Source: Schmidtea polychroa (taxonomy: Eukaryota). Taken from it: a stretch of DNA of 64,000 nucleotides. Made by a program: the position numbers and the translations under genes. The notes beneath the pieces were generated by a model. The model did not search any database. It saw only the letters and a list, made by a program, of their open reading frames with translations, and was not told the DNA's origin. Where the stretch lies: the NCBI GenBank assembly GCA_044892525.1, contig CM097885.1, positions 236,284,001 to 236,348,000 on the forward strand. Reading direction: 5' to 3'. Of this stretch, positions 10,691 to 22,665 are shown piece after piece; within the stretch, counting starts at the first letter, position 1; each line of letters starts with the position of its first letter.

Positions 10691-13600
10691 TTACATCAAC
10701 TTCTACAGAAGTCATTATTAATCAACAAGGTGGTTCACTTGAACCTGAAACCATATTCGATTTAAATAAAACACACGCAGAAGTTAAAATGGATGTTTCA
10801 TCCTTAAATTTAAAAACAGTTTCGATCCCTACTCAGTTAATAAATGAATTAAATAAAGTTTCATCCGAGATGGGTTCAATAAAAATTCAATTTTGTTTGA
10901 AAGTGGAATTTGTAAAAGATGACGAATTTCAATCATTCGTTATTTCAAATTCTGCTAGACCCATGAGTGATACCTTCTTAGAAGATGGTATTGATTTATT
11001 AAATGAAAAAATAATTAAAGTTAACGAAAAGGGAAGCAACTGGGTTATACATAAAATTGAATATATTAGTTTTATAATAACAAAATATTCGCAAATATCC
11101 AGATTAACTGGCCGTGGATATATTCCTACACCAGAAACATTATTAAATAAAAAATGTACTGTTAATGTTAAAAATACAAATGATGAATGCTTCCTATATA
11201 GTATTTTATCTATTTTGAAATATAATAGTATTAGTACCAATAGATCTAAGCCATATAATTATAATACTTCGGAATTAAAATTCGATCCTGCAGATCTCCC
11301 TATGCGCCTTTGTAATATTTCTAAATTTGAATCCCAAAACCCTGGTTTATCGATAAATGTTTTAACTTATAACGAAAATATATTAAATGATGTTAAGAAT
11401 ACTGAAGAAGTTATGAAACATCCTTATGTTGACATAATTTATCGATCTAAAGTTATTGGGGGGACAACAATTAATTTAATTTTGTTAGAAGATTTTGACA
11501 CATATCATTACATAGGTGTTACTAATCTTGATAGACTTTTGAATTGTAACGATTCTAGTGTAACTGCTGTTAGGATTTGTAGTAAATGGTGTTCGAGATG
11601 CTTAAATGGTTTTCGAAATCCTAATTCTTTCATGAGACACAAGGGTTTGTGTGATAAAAATCAGTTAGGGACCACTCTCTTTACATTACCCGAAGATAAA
11701 TATCTTAGTTTTACAAATTGGTCAAAGATTGTCACTCCTCCATTTGTTATTTATGCCGACTTTGAGGCAATTTTACCTAAAGATAATAAATACTATCAAA
11801 AACATTTACCAATCTCAGCTGGTTTTGTTTTTATAAATAATTTTACAGGGGATAAATTTTATAAAAGTTTTATAGGATTGGATTGTGTTGAACAGTTTCT
11901 TCATGAACTTGAAGAAATTGGTAAGCAAATAGTGGCTCCATATTTTGAAACACGATATAGGAAAATGATGTTTTTTAGTAGTATTGACAAAATAAACTTT
12001 TCTTCGGCTGTAAATTGTCATTTGTGTAAGAAAACTTTAGTAAATCCAGTAAGAGATCATGACCATTTTTCGGGTAAATATTTAGGTGCAGCTTGCTCAA
12101 CTTGTAATCTTTCTCGAAGAATTAGACCGGTTTTACCAGTTATTTTTCATAATTTGAGAGGATATGATCTCCATCATATTCTCAAATTTGGCTTAGGTAA
12201 ATTTAAATCATGGAATATTAATTGTATTCCTATAACTAGTGAAAAATTTTTAAGTTTATATGCAAGAATTGATGGATTAACTATAAAATTTATCGATTCT
12301 TGTCAATTTATTAACGATTCCTTAAAAAATGCTGTACAAACATTAACTACATTTCCATTGACTAATTCTGAATTTAACGGAGTAATTGTTAATAGTAAAG
12401 GCATATTCCCATATGATTTTGCAACTAGTTTAGAAGTGCTTCAGGGAACTCCCCAATTACCTCCAATTTGGGATGGTGTTACTGAAGTAGAATATGATAT
12501 GGCTCAGCGCATTTGGGATGACCATAATTGTAATTCACTTTTGGATTACATGATGATATATTTAAAATTAGATGTCTTTTTACTTGCGGACTATTTCCAA
12601 CAGTTTAGAGCAAAATCAATAGCTCATAACAGATTGGAACCCTTAAACTTTTTAGGCATTCCCGGTATGTCATGGAACTCTGCACTCATGACTTTAGATC
12701 ATCCAATTGAGTTGATCCAAGACATGGAGATTTATAATTTCTTTGAGGGTGGGATTCGAGGGGGATTAACATTTGTTAATAAACATTACGTAAAATCAGA
12801 TGAAAACACAGAGTTGCTCTATATAGATATTAACAACCTATATGGTTGGGCACTTAGCCAGAAACTACCAGATGGTAATTTTAAGTGGATTAACGATGAA
12901 ATAAAATTAAATAAGATTTTGGATGATTGTATGAATGTTGACTTGGAATTACTCACATTCGGTTATACTGTTGAAGTCGATTTGGAAATTCCAGAATCGA
13001 TTCATGATAAGCTTGACGATTTCCCTGTTGCAGCTGAAAAGATCTGTGCACCAGGATCCAAAGTGGAGAAGTTGATGCTTACCCACTATCCTAAAAAGAA
13101 TTATGTAGTTCATTGGAGACTTCTCCAGCTTTATCTAAATATTGGGGTAAAGGTCACTAAAATTCATCGCGCTATACAATTTGAACAGTCATCAATATTT
13201 AAAAATTATATAGATACTAACACACAACTTAGGGCATCATCAACAAACACATTAGATAAAAATTATTTTAAACTATTAAACAACAGTCTATACGGTAAGA
13301 CTGTCGAAAACCTAAAGAAACGAATTAATTTAAGACTTTGCAATTCAGCCCAAAAGGTATTAACATATTGTTCTAAACCTAATTTCAAAAGGACTACTAA
13401 AATCGATGACGACTTAATATCTGTTCTATTAAGAAAAGATTTAATATGTTTAAATAGACCAAGTTATATTGGTCAATCAGTTTTGGATTTATCAAAACTT
13501 CGTATGTACCAACTTCAGTACATTGATTTAGAAAAATATCGTATAGAATTTAATTGTAAAATTAATATAGTTGCTGGGGATACAGATTCGTTCTTTTTGG

Positions 13601-14169
13601 AAATTAAAAATTGCAAATTAAATTCTCTTTTACCCGCAATGATAAGGGATAATTTATTAGATACCTCTAATTACGAGCCAACACATTCATTATATTCAAA
13701 AAACCTTGACTCTGTAATAGGGAAATTTAAAGATGAAAGCAAAGGTCTTGGATATGATGAATGGATATTTTTAAGACCAAAATGTTATAGCATGAAGGGT
13801 AGTAAGGGATGTATGAAAGCGAAGGGGGTCACAATGAAAGATACTGGACTAACTCATCAGTCGTATCTGAATTGTTATAATAATAATGAGATTTATACAG
13901 TACCACAATTTAGGATAACGAGTAAAAACCATCAACTTTTCAGTATTAAAAATAATAAGAGGGCTTTAACTAATGCTGACGATAAGCGCAATTGGGTACT
14001 TAAAAATAAAAGTTATGCGTATGGTCATTATAGGGGGGGTGGTATGGTTATGGCTGATGATTCTGATGAAGAAATGTTGCTGCCCATAGTTGATCCAGAT
14101 GAAGATTTGCAATATCATCCTCATTTTCCAAATGATGATGGTTGTCAATTAATAAATTTTATGATATAA
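10252..14169 (+). CDS. Protein-primed family B DNA polymerase (Polinton type), right-arm copy
   Basis: Translation identical to 5614-9531, with all exonuclease and polymerase motifs present. Confidence 0.96.
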
Positions 14170-14363
14170 AAAATTTGTTTTCATTCTATTTTTAATCGTT
14201 ACAAAATTTTTATATTGTTACTTGTGATAGTACACTATTTTTATGTTGTTATAGTATTTTTATGTTACATGTATTAGTATAATATTTTTAATATCACACT
14301 AATTAGTACACGTTTTAATTAACTAATTTGCAATACATCTGCAATACATATGCAAACCATGTA

Positions 14364-14527
14364 TGACTCACATACAAAGGTCACAAATGTAAAGGTCACA
14401 TACAAAGGTCACACACGAAGGTCAATGACACATGCATGTTGTTTGCAATACAAATGCATTCATTTGATTGGTTATACACAAGTATAAAAGAGAGATAAAA
14501 TGACATCATAGTCATTATTTTTAAAAA
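14364..14527 (+). promoter_or_regulatory. Putative Pol II promoter/enhancer of the 157-aa ORF (mirror at 5256-5419)
   Basis: TGACTCA at 14364; AAAGGTCA three times (14376, 14391, 14404) plus GAAGGTCA at 14417; ATTGG near 14466; TATAAAA near 14483; A-rich context before the ATG at 14528. Confidence 0.6.
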
Positions 14528-15001
14528 ATGCAATCCAAGAAGAACGTTTTTGGTGAGAAAACATTTTCTAATTTATTGAAAGAAACAAGCCCAATTAAGA
14601 AAATAACTGAGACGAAGCATGCCAAGAATGATGTGAAACCAGTACAAATGTATCATAACCATAAGATATATTTCTTGGTAGACGAAATTCCATATAAATT
14701 CTCAAATGCAGTCAAATTGATCAAGTCGCAATATTCAAGTTTCATTGCTCATATAACAAAAGAAGATGTTGTTGCAGTAAATAAAGTGTTGGGGAAAATC
14801 AATAAGAATCTAAGTTGCAATGGAAATATAATCATCAACAATCGAAATTCTCGTTTTCATGATGCCTTTGAAGAAATTGAATATAAAGATGGTGAAAGCT
14901 GGTTTGTAAATATTTCAATACAGGGATATAAAATGGATGAGAAAGATGTCATATCACCGATTTGGAAATTAGATAGTGCTCGAATTTCTCTGGGATTTTA
15001 A
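14528..15001 (+). CDS. 157-aa hypothetical protein, possibly an OB-fold ssDNA-binding protein; right-arm copy
   Basis: Intact ORF, mirror of 4782-5255. Confidence 0.8.
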   Translation: MQSKKNVFGEKTFSNLLKETSPIKKITETKHAKNDVKPVQMYHNHKIYFLVDEIPYKFSNAVKLIKSQYSSFIAHITKEDVVAVNKVLGKINKNLSCNGNIIINNRNSRFHDAFEEIEYKDGESWFVNISIQGYKMDEKDVISPIWKLDSARISLGF

Positions 15002-15571
15002 TAAATGTTTAGTTTTTAATACATCTTTTAATATGTCTTTTAATATAATTATTTACTATGAGTTAAGTATAGATGATTAATTTGTATTTTTTAAAAGTTG
15101 AAAATATGTGTGTATGTAAAAGTTGGCTGAAAAATACATTGTTTAAGGTGTTATGATTATGAATTTGAAGTAAATATTGATGTCATTTTATAGAGATTAA
15201 AATTCTATCTATATATTGTTTGAGTGAAAATATCTCAATTTGTTTAAAAAGATGTGTAAATTTAAAAATCGTGTACTAAAAATGAAATTTCAGAATTTTG
15301 ATTACATCATAGTCTCATTTAACAGAGAATTAAATTTCAAGTATAATGACATAAAAAATTCTTATAAAAAATTAAAATCAATGACGTAATCGATGTTTTA
15401 AAAAAATTTTAAATTATTACGTAATCGATGATTAAAACAAAAAATAAAATTATTACGTAATCGATAATTAAAACAAAAATTTAAATTTAAAAAAAAAAAA
15501 AAAAAAATATGGGGGGGGGGGTCTTTTAAAAAATTAAAAAAAAAAAAAAAAAAAAGTAGGGGGGGGGGTTT

Positions 15572-15610
<39 letters not shown>

Positions 15611-18600
15611 GTATCTGGATCTAGAGTGCACATGGATCTAGAGTGCACATAACTACCTACTAACAACCCACAACAACCAGCTAACAACTAACTACCACCT
15701 ACCAAGTACATACAACCAACATCAACCAGGTACTAAGCATTAATTACCAACTACTAAGTATCTACCAACTACTTACAACCAACATCAACCAGATACCTAC
15801 AACTAGATACTAACAATCAGTTACCTGCTATCAAGTACCTACAACCACCTACCAACTACTCGCAACCAAAAACCAACAACCTACCAAGTACTCACAACCA
15901 ACTACTTACAACCAACAACTAAGTACTAACAACCAGCTAGCAACTAGATACCAAGTACTCACAACCAACATCAACCAGATACCTACAACTAGATACTAAC
16001 AACTAGATACCAAGTACCTACAACCACCTACCCAATAACTAGTTACTAAGTACTATCAACCAGCTAACAACTAGATACCAAGTACTCACAACCAACATCA
16101 ACCAAGTACTAAGCCCTGTCAACTAGATACCAAGTACATACAACCAGATGATCACATGAAACTATTGGTTAAATATGAAAATAAGGGTTATAATTAGTTG
16201 TTTAGTAAATTATGGTGTAAAATTAAGTAATAAAGGATAAATAAGTAAATTAAGGATAAGTAAATTAAAGTTAAAAATTTTAAATAAGTAAATTAAGGTT
16301 CAAAATTTTAAATTAAAGAAAACAATGGTTTAAATTTTAAAAGAAGCAAAATGAGTAAATTAAAAAAAATAATTTTTAAATAAGTAATGTAATAAGTAAA
16401 TTAAACTAAGATTTTTAAATTTATTATCAACAGATTGAAATGTAATTTTTGAATTTAATGAAGGATGGGTTAAGATGGGAATATATGATTTTTTAAGTAT
16501 GATGTTGGTAAAATATCAATGTTTTAAGGGAAATGTCAATACATTAGTCAGTTATGAATCAATAATAATGTGAAATTATATCGTTTTATTAGGTTGTGAT
16601 TAATGCACAGTAAATTAATTTAGAACAATGTTTTATTAAGTAGGGATAATGATCGTTTTACTTGGTTTTGACAATGAAATCTTTACAGATAATTTGGATT
16701 GATATCAACTTTAAATTATTTTTATCTTTATTTAGACGGACAACGACAAAAGTTGACCATTTGAAGAAATTTATTTTATTGAATGGATAAATTTAATCTT
16801 TCAATGGGACCTAGTCAGTTATATTTATTTTAAATTTCGAGTACAGTGATTTACAAAAATTAACAGTGATTAACAAAATTTTTATTATAACCGGTTTTAT
16901 CATTAGATTTTATAAATTATTTAGGGTTAATGACCAAATTATTTTACATGTTTTATAGGGAAATATTCGTGATAATAGGAATTAGTCATTTAAAAGGATT
17001 TTAAGGAATCTTATTAGTCTGAGGTAAATATATAACCTTTTAAGGATATTTATCGATAAAATACTAATCTTTAAAGATAGAGTTATTTCAGGAAAATTTG
17101 ATGCTTTTTAGATGATTTTAGTGAATTATTTGTAATAATATGGATTAAGGGTAGAAATATAGTCATTTAATGGATTTTAAGGAATCTTGTTAGTTTGAGG
17201 TGAATATATGATCTTTAACAAGTACTTATCGATGAGATACCAATCTTTAAATATTGATATATTTAAGGGGAAAATGATTCTTTTTAGATGAATTTATTAG
17301 AGAATTCGCTTGAATATACCAATTATTGTCATTTAAATGAATTTACTGGTTTATTAGATGTTATCATTAGTTATCTAGTCTCTTTTGGAATTTAATGATA
17401 ATTATTTATATTGTAGATTGACGACATTGATGATTGTAATGAATTCATACTGATTTTTTGAATATATTGAGCAATCAGTCAATCAATTTGAGTACATGTA
17501 TTACGTTTTACAAAAATAATTAAAATTAATTTTATTTCAATTAATTTATTCAATCTAAATCTAGATCTTATTTCAAAATTTTTATTAATTTATTATCTTA
17601 GTTGATTCATATTAACTTGAATGATCAGTATTTTTTTATTTACTGGATGATTAATGACTAGAATTCTTTCTTGTCCATTAATTACATTTTTATATTAATT
17701 ATTTGGTATATTTTGAATAATTTAAATTTTTACAATTATTTAATCAATTTTTACCAAGTTATTGATGTCTTGAATTCAATTAATTTTTCATCCAATTTTT
17801 CAAGTGATGAGTATTTTCTTTTAAAGATCAATTTGTTAGTACATAGTTGTTGGTTGTAGGTAGTTGGTTGTTAGTACTTGGTACTTGGTAGTTGGTATCT
17901 GATTGACTTTTTAGATTTTGATAAGACGATATTGTATTTGATGAAGAATATTTTGTATTTAATTGCAATAATTTTTATGTGTTGTTAGTTGATTGTTGGT
18001 ACTTAGTTTCTAGTTGTTGGTATCTTGTATTTGGTAGTTGGTACAGTGTTGTTTACTGATTGTTGTTATATAGTTGTAGGTTGATAATGCTTAGTACCTG
18101 GTTGATTGTAAGTGTTTAGTATTTAGTTGTTAGCTGGTTGATAGTACTTAGTAACTAGTTAATGGGTAGGTGGGGGATTGAGAGTTAGCAATATCCTTAC
18201 GACCAGTACCTTTACGACTAATACCCTTACGAATAGTACCTTTACGACTAATACCCTTACGACCAGTACCCTTACGACCTGTACCCTTAGGGGGGTCAAA
18301 ACATCCTGTCGGATAAACTCAGAGTATATTTAATAAAACTGATCAACAATAAGTATTTATTGAATGTGATTTTTACTTTGCAATAATAAGTCAGTAGTTA
18401 TCATTTAAAAGAAGAATGTTTTGTAAATTAGAATTCATTAGTCTTTCATTGTAATTTAAATTATTTTGAATTTCACGTGGTGTTTTAAAGTGATTGAGTT
18501 GTGGTTTTTTGATGAAAATCAACATTTTTGTTAAATTTAGACATTTTGAAAAGGTTTTTCTACTGATTGTAATTAAAATTATTATAGAAGCTGTATAAAA

Positions 18601-18816
18601 AATATTAATTTAAAAAAATACAATTCATAAAATACAATAAAGAATATTTAGTTGATTGTAAGTAGTTAGTTGTAAGTATGTGGTTGTTTGAGAGTTAGTA
18701 CGTGGTATCATGTTGTAAGTATTTGGTACTTATTTGTTAGCACCTAGTTAAAAATACATGATCGTTATTGGAATCTGATTGTTGAATTATTATTATTTTT
18801 ATTATTATTATAATTA

Positions 18817-18876
<60 letters not shown>

Positions 18877-19640
18877 CATTAAAATTTCCATTAAAAATTA
18901 ACCTAAAAAATTTTACATTTAAAATTAACTTAAAAAATTAGCTTAAAAAAAATTATACCATAAAAATATTCATTTAACATTAACTTAAAAAAAAATTTCC
19001 ATTTATATTTTCATTAGAAATTCCATTTCTCAAAAAAGTTGTTGGTTATTCAATCTTTTGATAATAAATTTAAAAATCTTACTTTAATTTACTTATTTAG
19101 CTTTAATTTAAAATTTGAACCATTGGTTACTTAAATTTAAATAATGAACCTTAATTTACTTATTTAAAATTTTTAACTTTAATTTACCTAATTATTCTTT
19201 ATTTCTTAATTTTACACCATAATTTACTTAACAACTAAATATAATCCTTATTTTCATATTTAACCAATAATTTCATGTGGTCATCTGGTTGTAAGTGTTT
19301 GGTATCTAGTTGACAGTGCTTAGTACTTGGTATCTAGTCGTTAGTACTTGGTTGATAATGCTTAGTACCTGGTTGTTGTCGGTTGTTAGTACTTGGTATC
19401 TGGTAGCTAGTTGTTAGCTGGTTGTAACTAGTTAATGGGTAGGTGGTTGTAGGTACTTGGTAGCAGGTAACTGGTTGTTAGTATCTAGTTGTAGGTATCT
19501 GGTTGATGTTGGTTGTATGTACTTGGTATGTGGTAGTTAGTTGTTAGCTGGTTGTTGTGGGTTGTTAGTACTTGGTACCTAGTTGGTTGCTTGTTTTTGG
19601 TTGTTAGTACTTGTTAGGTTGTTGTAGGTACTTAGTATCA

Positions 19641-19880
19641 NNNNNNNNNNNNNNNNNNNNNNNNNNNNNNNNNNNNNNNNNNNNNNNNNNNNNNNNNNNN
19701 NNNNNNNNNNNNNNNNNNNNNNNNNNNNNNNNNNNNNNNNNNNNNNNNNNNNNNNNNNNNNNNNNNNNNNNNNNNNNNNNNNNNNNNNNNNNNNNNNNNN
19801 NNNNNNNNNNNNNNNNNNNNNNNNNNNNNNNNNNNNNNNNNNNNNNNNNNNNNNNNNNNNNNNNNNNNNNNNNNNNNNNN
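19641..19880. other. Assembly gap (240 N)
   Basis: Run of n. Confidence 1.
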
Positions 19881-20609
19881 AACAATTGAACTATATATTT
19901 TACTATTCAACAGAACACTAGCAATTACTAACATAGTTAATGTGATTTCAAAATCCAATTCAACGTGCTTCAGAACTGTAATCGAACGTCCTTTTCTGAA
20001 ATACAATTTAACGTTCCTCTGAAATGAATCGAACATGCTTACTAGATATCTTGACCCATCTATATTTTAAGATATGCTCTTTTTCTTAACTTCATCTTTT
20101 AATATATTGGAAAGATCTCTTTTTGAAAAAGGCTTCTTTTTCTTTTTCTGGTTATTTAAACAAAATCTGAAAAACGTTTTTATTTTGATTTAATATATAG
20201 ATTTAATATAAAGAAATTGTATGGCCAAGTTGGCTGAAGTTTGAAATACATTTATCTGGCCCACCACTCAAATTAGTTTTTGTCAAAATATCGAAACTAG
20301 ATATTTCCCACATATTTCCATTTAATTTAAATATTGGCTGCGAACTCTGTAAAGTTGTATAAAATAGATAGTAAAATAGTGGATGTGCATTTCTCTGATT
20401 CTATTCAATATAACATTGTGCAATGTTTGTTACAAATATTTATTATTTAAATAATTTGCCATTCACTACATATTTTAACCTTTGTACACTCATTGGAGTC
20501 TCGGAGAATGAGTGTTTCATTGCAATGCAGTCACAGTAAGTATAAAGTTGTTTAGAATTTTTTCTATATTATTTCTTCAGTGTTTAAAATTTTCAATGTA
20601 TTTAAATAT

Positions 20610-21680
20610 ATTTTGCATTAAGCAATGTTATAAAGAGCTTAACGTCTTTCTCGACATAGTCATTGACAACGTTAAAGGATTGCAGATTGTCGAGAGAAGC
20701 TTGGTACGCAGCAGAAGTTGGCCAGTTTACAAGTCATGAACTCGGAGTTCAGCTGAAGAAGAGTGGTGGTAACAGGTACTAGAAACGTAGACTTGTCAAA
20801 GGTTGCTCCAAACCGGTTCTATGGAGATAAAAGAGCCATTTCTGGTTTAGCAGCCAACAGACTATCTACAAGGGCCCGTCATTCTGTGTCAGAAACTTTA
20901 CTGATTCACAAAGCAAGAGGAATCATTTCTGCATTCAGATAGAAGAGATGCAGTTTTAAGGCATTCACTGCACTCTGAAAGAAATTTGGATTTATGACTT
21001 TGTACTGTAGTAAAGACTTGTACAGCCGCAGGTTGTACCATGGGGCCTCTACCGCTGAAGTGACATTACCCAACAGCAGCTGTAGACCAGTGTTGCGAAG
21101 TTCACAAACGCCCTCCTTTTTGAAACTTGATGTAGTGTAGTAATAGTGCAACATGGTAGCTGTTGAATTTGCTACATTAATAGGCATATATTAATCGAAT
21201 AGATGAGTTAAGCCATCCAGCTGGGTTTGTGTAAGGCTCTTGGTTGCTTGAAGGTGACAGGATAGTCTTTGGTTTCCCATCAAGGAACACTGCACAGCTC
21301 AACAAATTCTTGATAATCATCTCGGCGTAGAGAAAGCTCTGATTTGGCAAGCTCAAAAACATTGACTCGACACTTGTCTACAATCTGAAGTGCCTCGTGG
21401 TTGAATGATGTCAAGTTCAATAGAGATAGCTGTTCATCAGTGCTTTTATAGATGGAACGGTCAACACTTCCAAGCTTATACGAAATCGTGTGAACAAGAG
21501 GCCAGCACTGAATAGAAAAATGATGTGACAACTTGAAATTTGTATTCCTTAATGTTAAAAACGAAATCAGATTGTTCAAGTGGCCAAAAGTGACAAACTG
21601 TAAAAACTTTCCATTTGAAGAAAGTGCAAAAGGAGATCAGTCGTTCACTTGTGTGTATTGAAAATGACATCCTATGGACT
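20610..21680 (-). pseudogene. Degenerate DNA transposase remnant (probably hATm-like)
   Basis: Fragments RRDDYQEFVELC, APWYNLRLYKSLLQY...LKLHLFYLNAEMIPLAL and VVNDYVEKDVKL lie in shifting frames. Confidence 0.65.
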
Positions 21681-21959
21681 ATAACTTCAATTTAATTATG
21701 AAAATATTCTAAACATAAAAGGTTTGCTTATATTTATGATTATTAAGTAACTATTTTCTTTTATTATTGTAGTTATTATCCATATTATAATGGATGTTGT
21801 CGAATCTTCAGACTCAACTTCCAATCCTATTGACGAGCCATGTCAACAATATTTTGTGTCAAATCCTTCGAAGGCTTCCATAAGAGTTAGAATGAACATC
21901 CTCTAAATATCTCGCAGATTTTTATCTGTCACGAATTATTTTTATACAGTTCAGGATTG

Positions 21960-22390
21960 TAAAACTTTCGAAGATTTGATTAATTTATTTTATTTACTTG
22001 AAATAATTTCCGTATTTCTATCTGAATATGTGATGGCCAATGCAATGCTCTCATTGAGTAATAAGATTGGGAGAATTGAATTAAACCTTGGTTCATGGAC
22101 TGGATTAATTTCGTTGTCTTTGAAGGTAAAAAATATAGCCTTATACATTTCAACTAAGGCATTTAGATGAGCAAGGCATTATCCTTAGCTACACAATTTT
22201 GAAAGAGATCTATTTTTCTTTGGAATAATTTTAGATAGCAAGTTTGAAATATTCTGTAAACCATGTTGTGAAAAGTTCATCAGTCACCCAAGCCTTTCAA
22301 TTTTGATTTATACTATACAAGAATGCTAGATTTACCATAGTTCTTCAAGGCCCTAGGATTTCAGCTGTGGGCATATCACGAAGCATGTAA
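21960..22390 (-). pseudogene. Tigger/pogo transposase remnant
   Basis: The reverse strand reads ENPRALKNYGK, KAWVTDELFTTWFTEYF, DNA and LPSKTTKLIQSMNQG, with stops and frameshifts. Confidence 0.75.
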
Positions 22391-22665
22391 ATTATATTTT
22401 ACGGTGCGTTTGCCTTTTTTTCACTTGTTAAATAAAAATTGTTTCATTATTTTCCGTACTTCTTATATATTCCCAATAATAATCTCCCCCGTTTCGTATT
22501 GCCTTTTCAATAAAATATTTCGCCAAGTTAAGGAAAACATTAATCAATTTCTAAATTTTTCCCAAATATTTAAAAATTATATTTTTAAGGAAAATTATCA
22601 GCTCCTTAGAGTTACGTAAAATTATAAATGACATAATTTCACAATATAAATACCTAAGACCTAAA

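Larger units (their letters stand above)
4120..15661. mobile_element. Fully palindromic Polinton/Maverick-related element with two pPolB genes and two 157-aa ORFs
   Basis: Termini are AGTAGGTAGTTATGTGCAC...GTGCACATAACTACCTACT. The 6-bp TSD AACAAC is at 4114-4119 and 15662-15667. Mirrored ORFs have identical translations and their coordinates sum to 19783. Confidence 0.93.
2304..19640. mobile_element. Outer non-coding fold-back element with long modular inverted arms; the right terminus is lost in the N-gap
   Basis: Starts AGTAGTAGG at 2304, exactly where retrotransposon homology stops. 4041-4119 joined to 15668-~16440 is the reverse complement of ~19030-19640. 3500-3600 and 3935-3990 also have inverted homologues at ~19000-19090 and ~18655-18720. 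Confidence 0.6.

Noticed and set aside
5635..14148. Short ORFs antisense to pPolB (60, 68 and 103 aa, each twice)
   Set aside because: They are shadow ORFs, duplicated only because the element is palindromic.
4120..15661. Palindrome as a simple fold-back read or MDA chimera
   Set aside because: Symmetry stops exactly at the AGT/ACT termini with a 6-bp TSD, the flanks differ, and the empty site exists at 19561. An assembly-graph error still needs long reads to exclude.
19604..20036. ORFs spanning the N-gap
   Set aside because: They are artefacts of N translation. The 19881-20150 part might be retrotransposon 5' coding sequence but cannot be supported.
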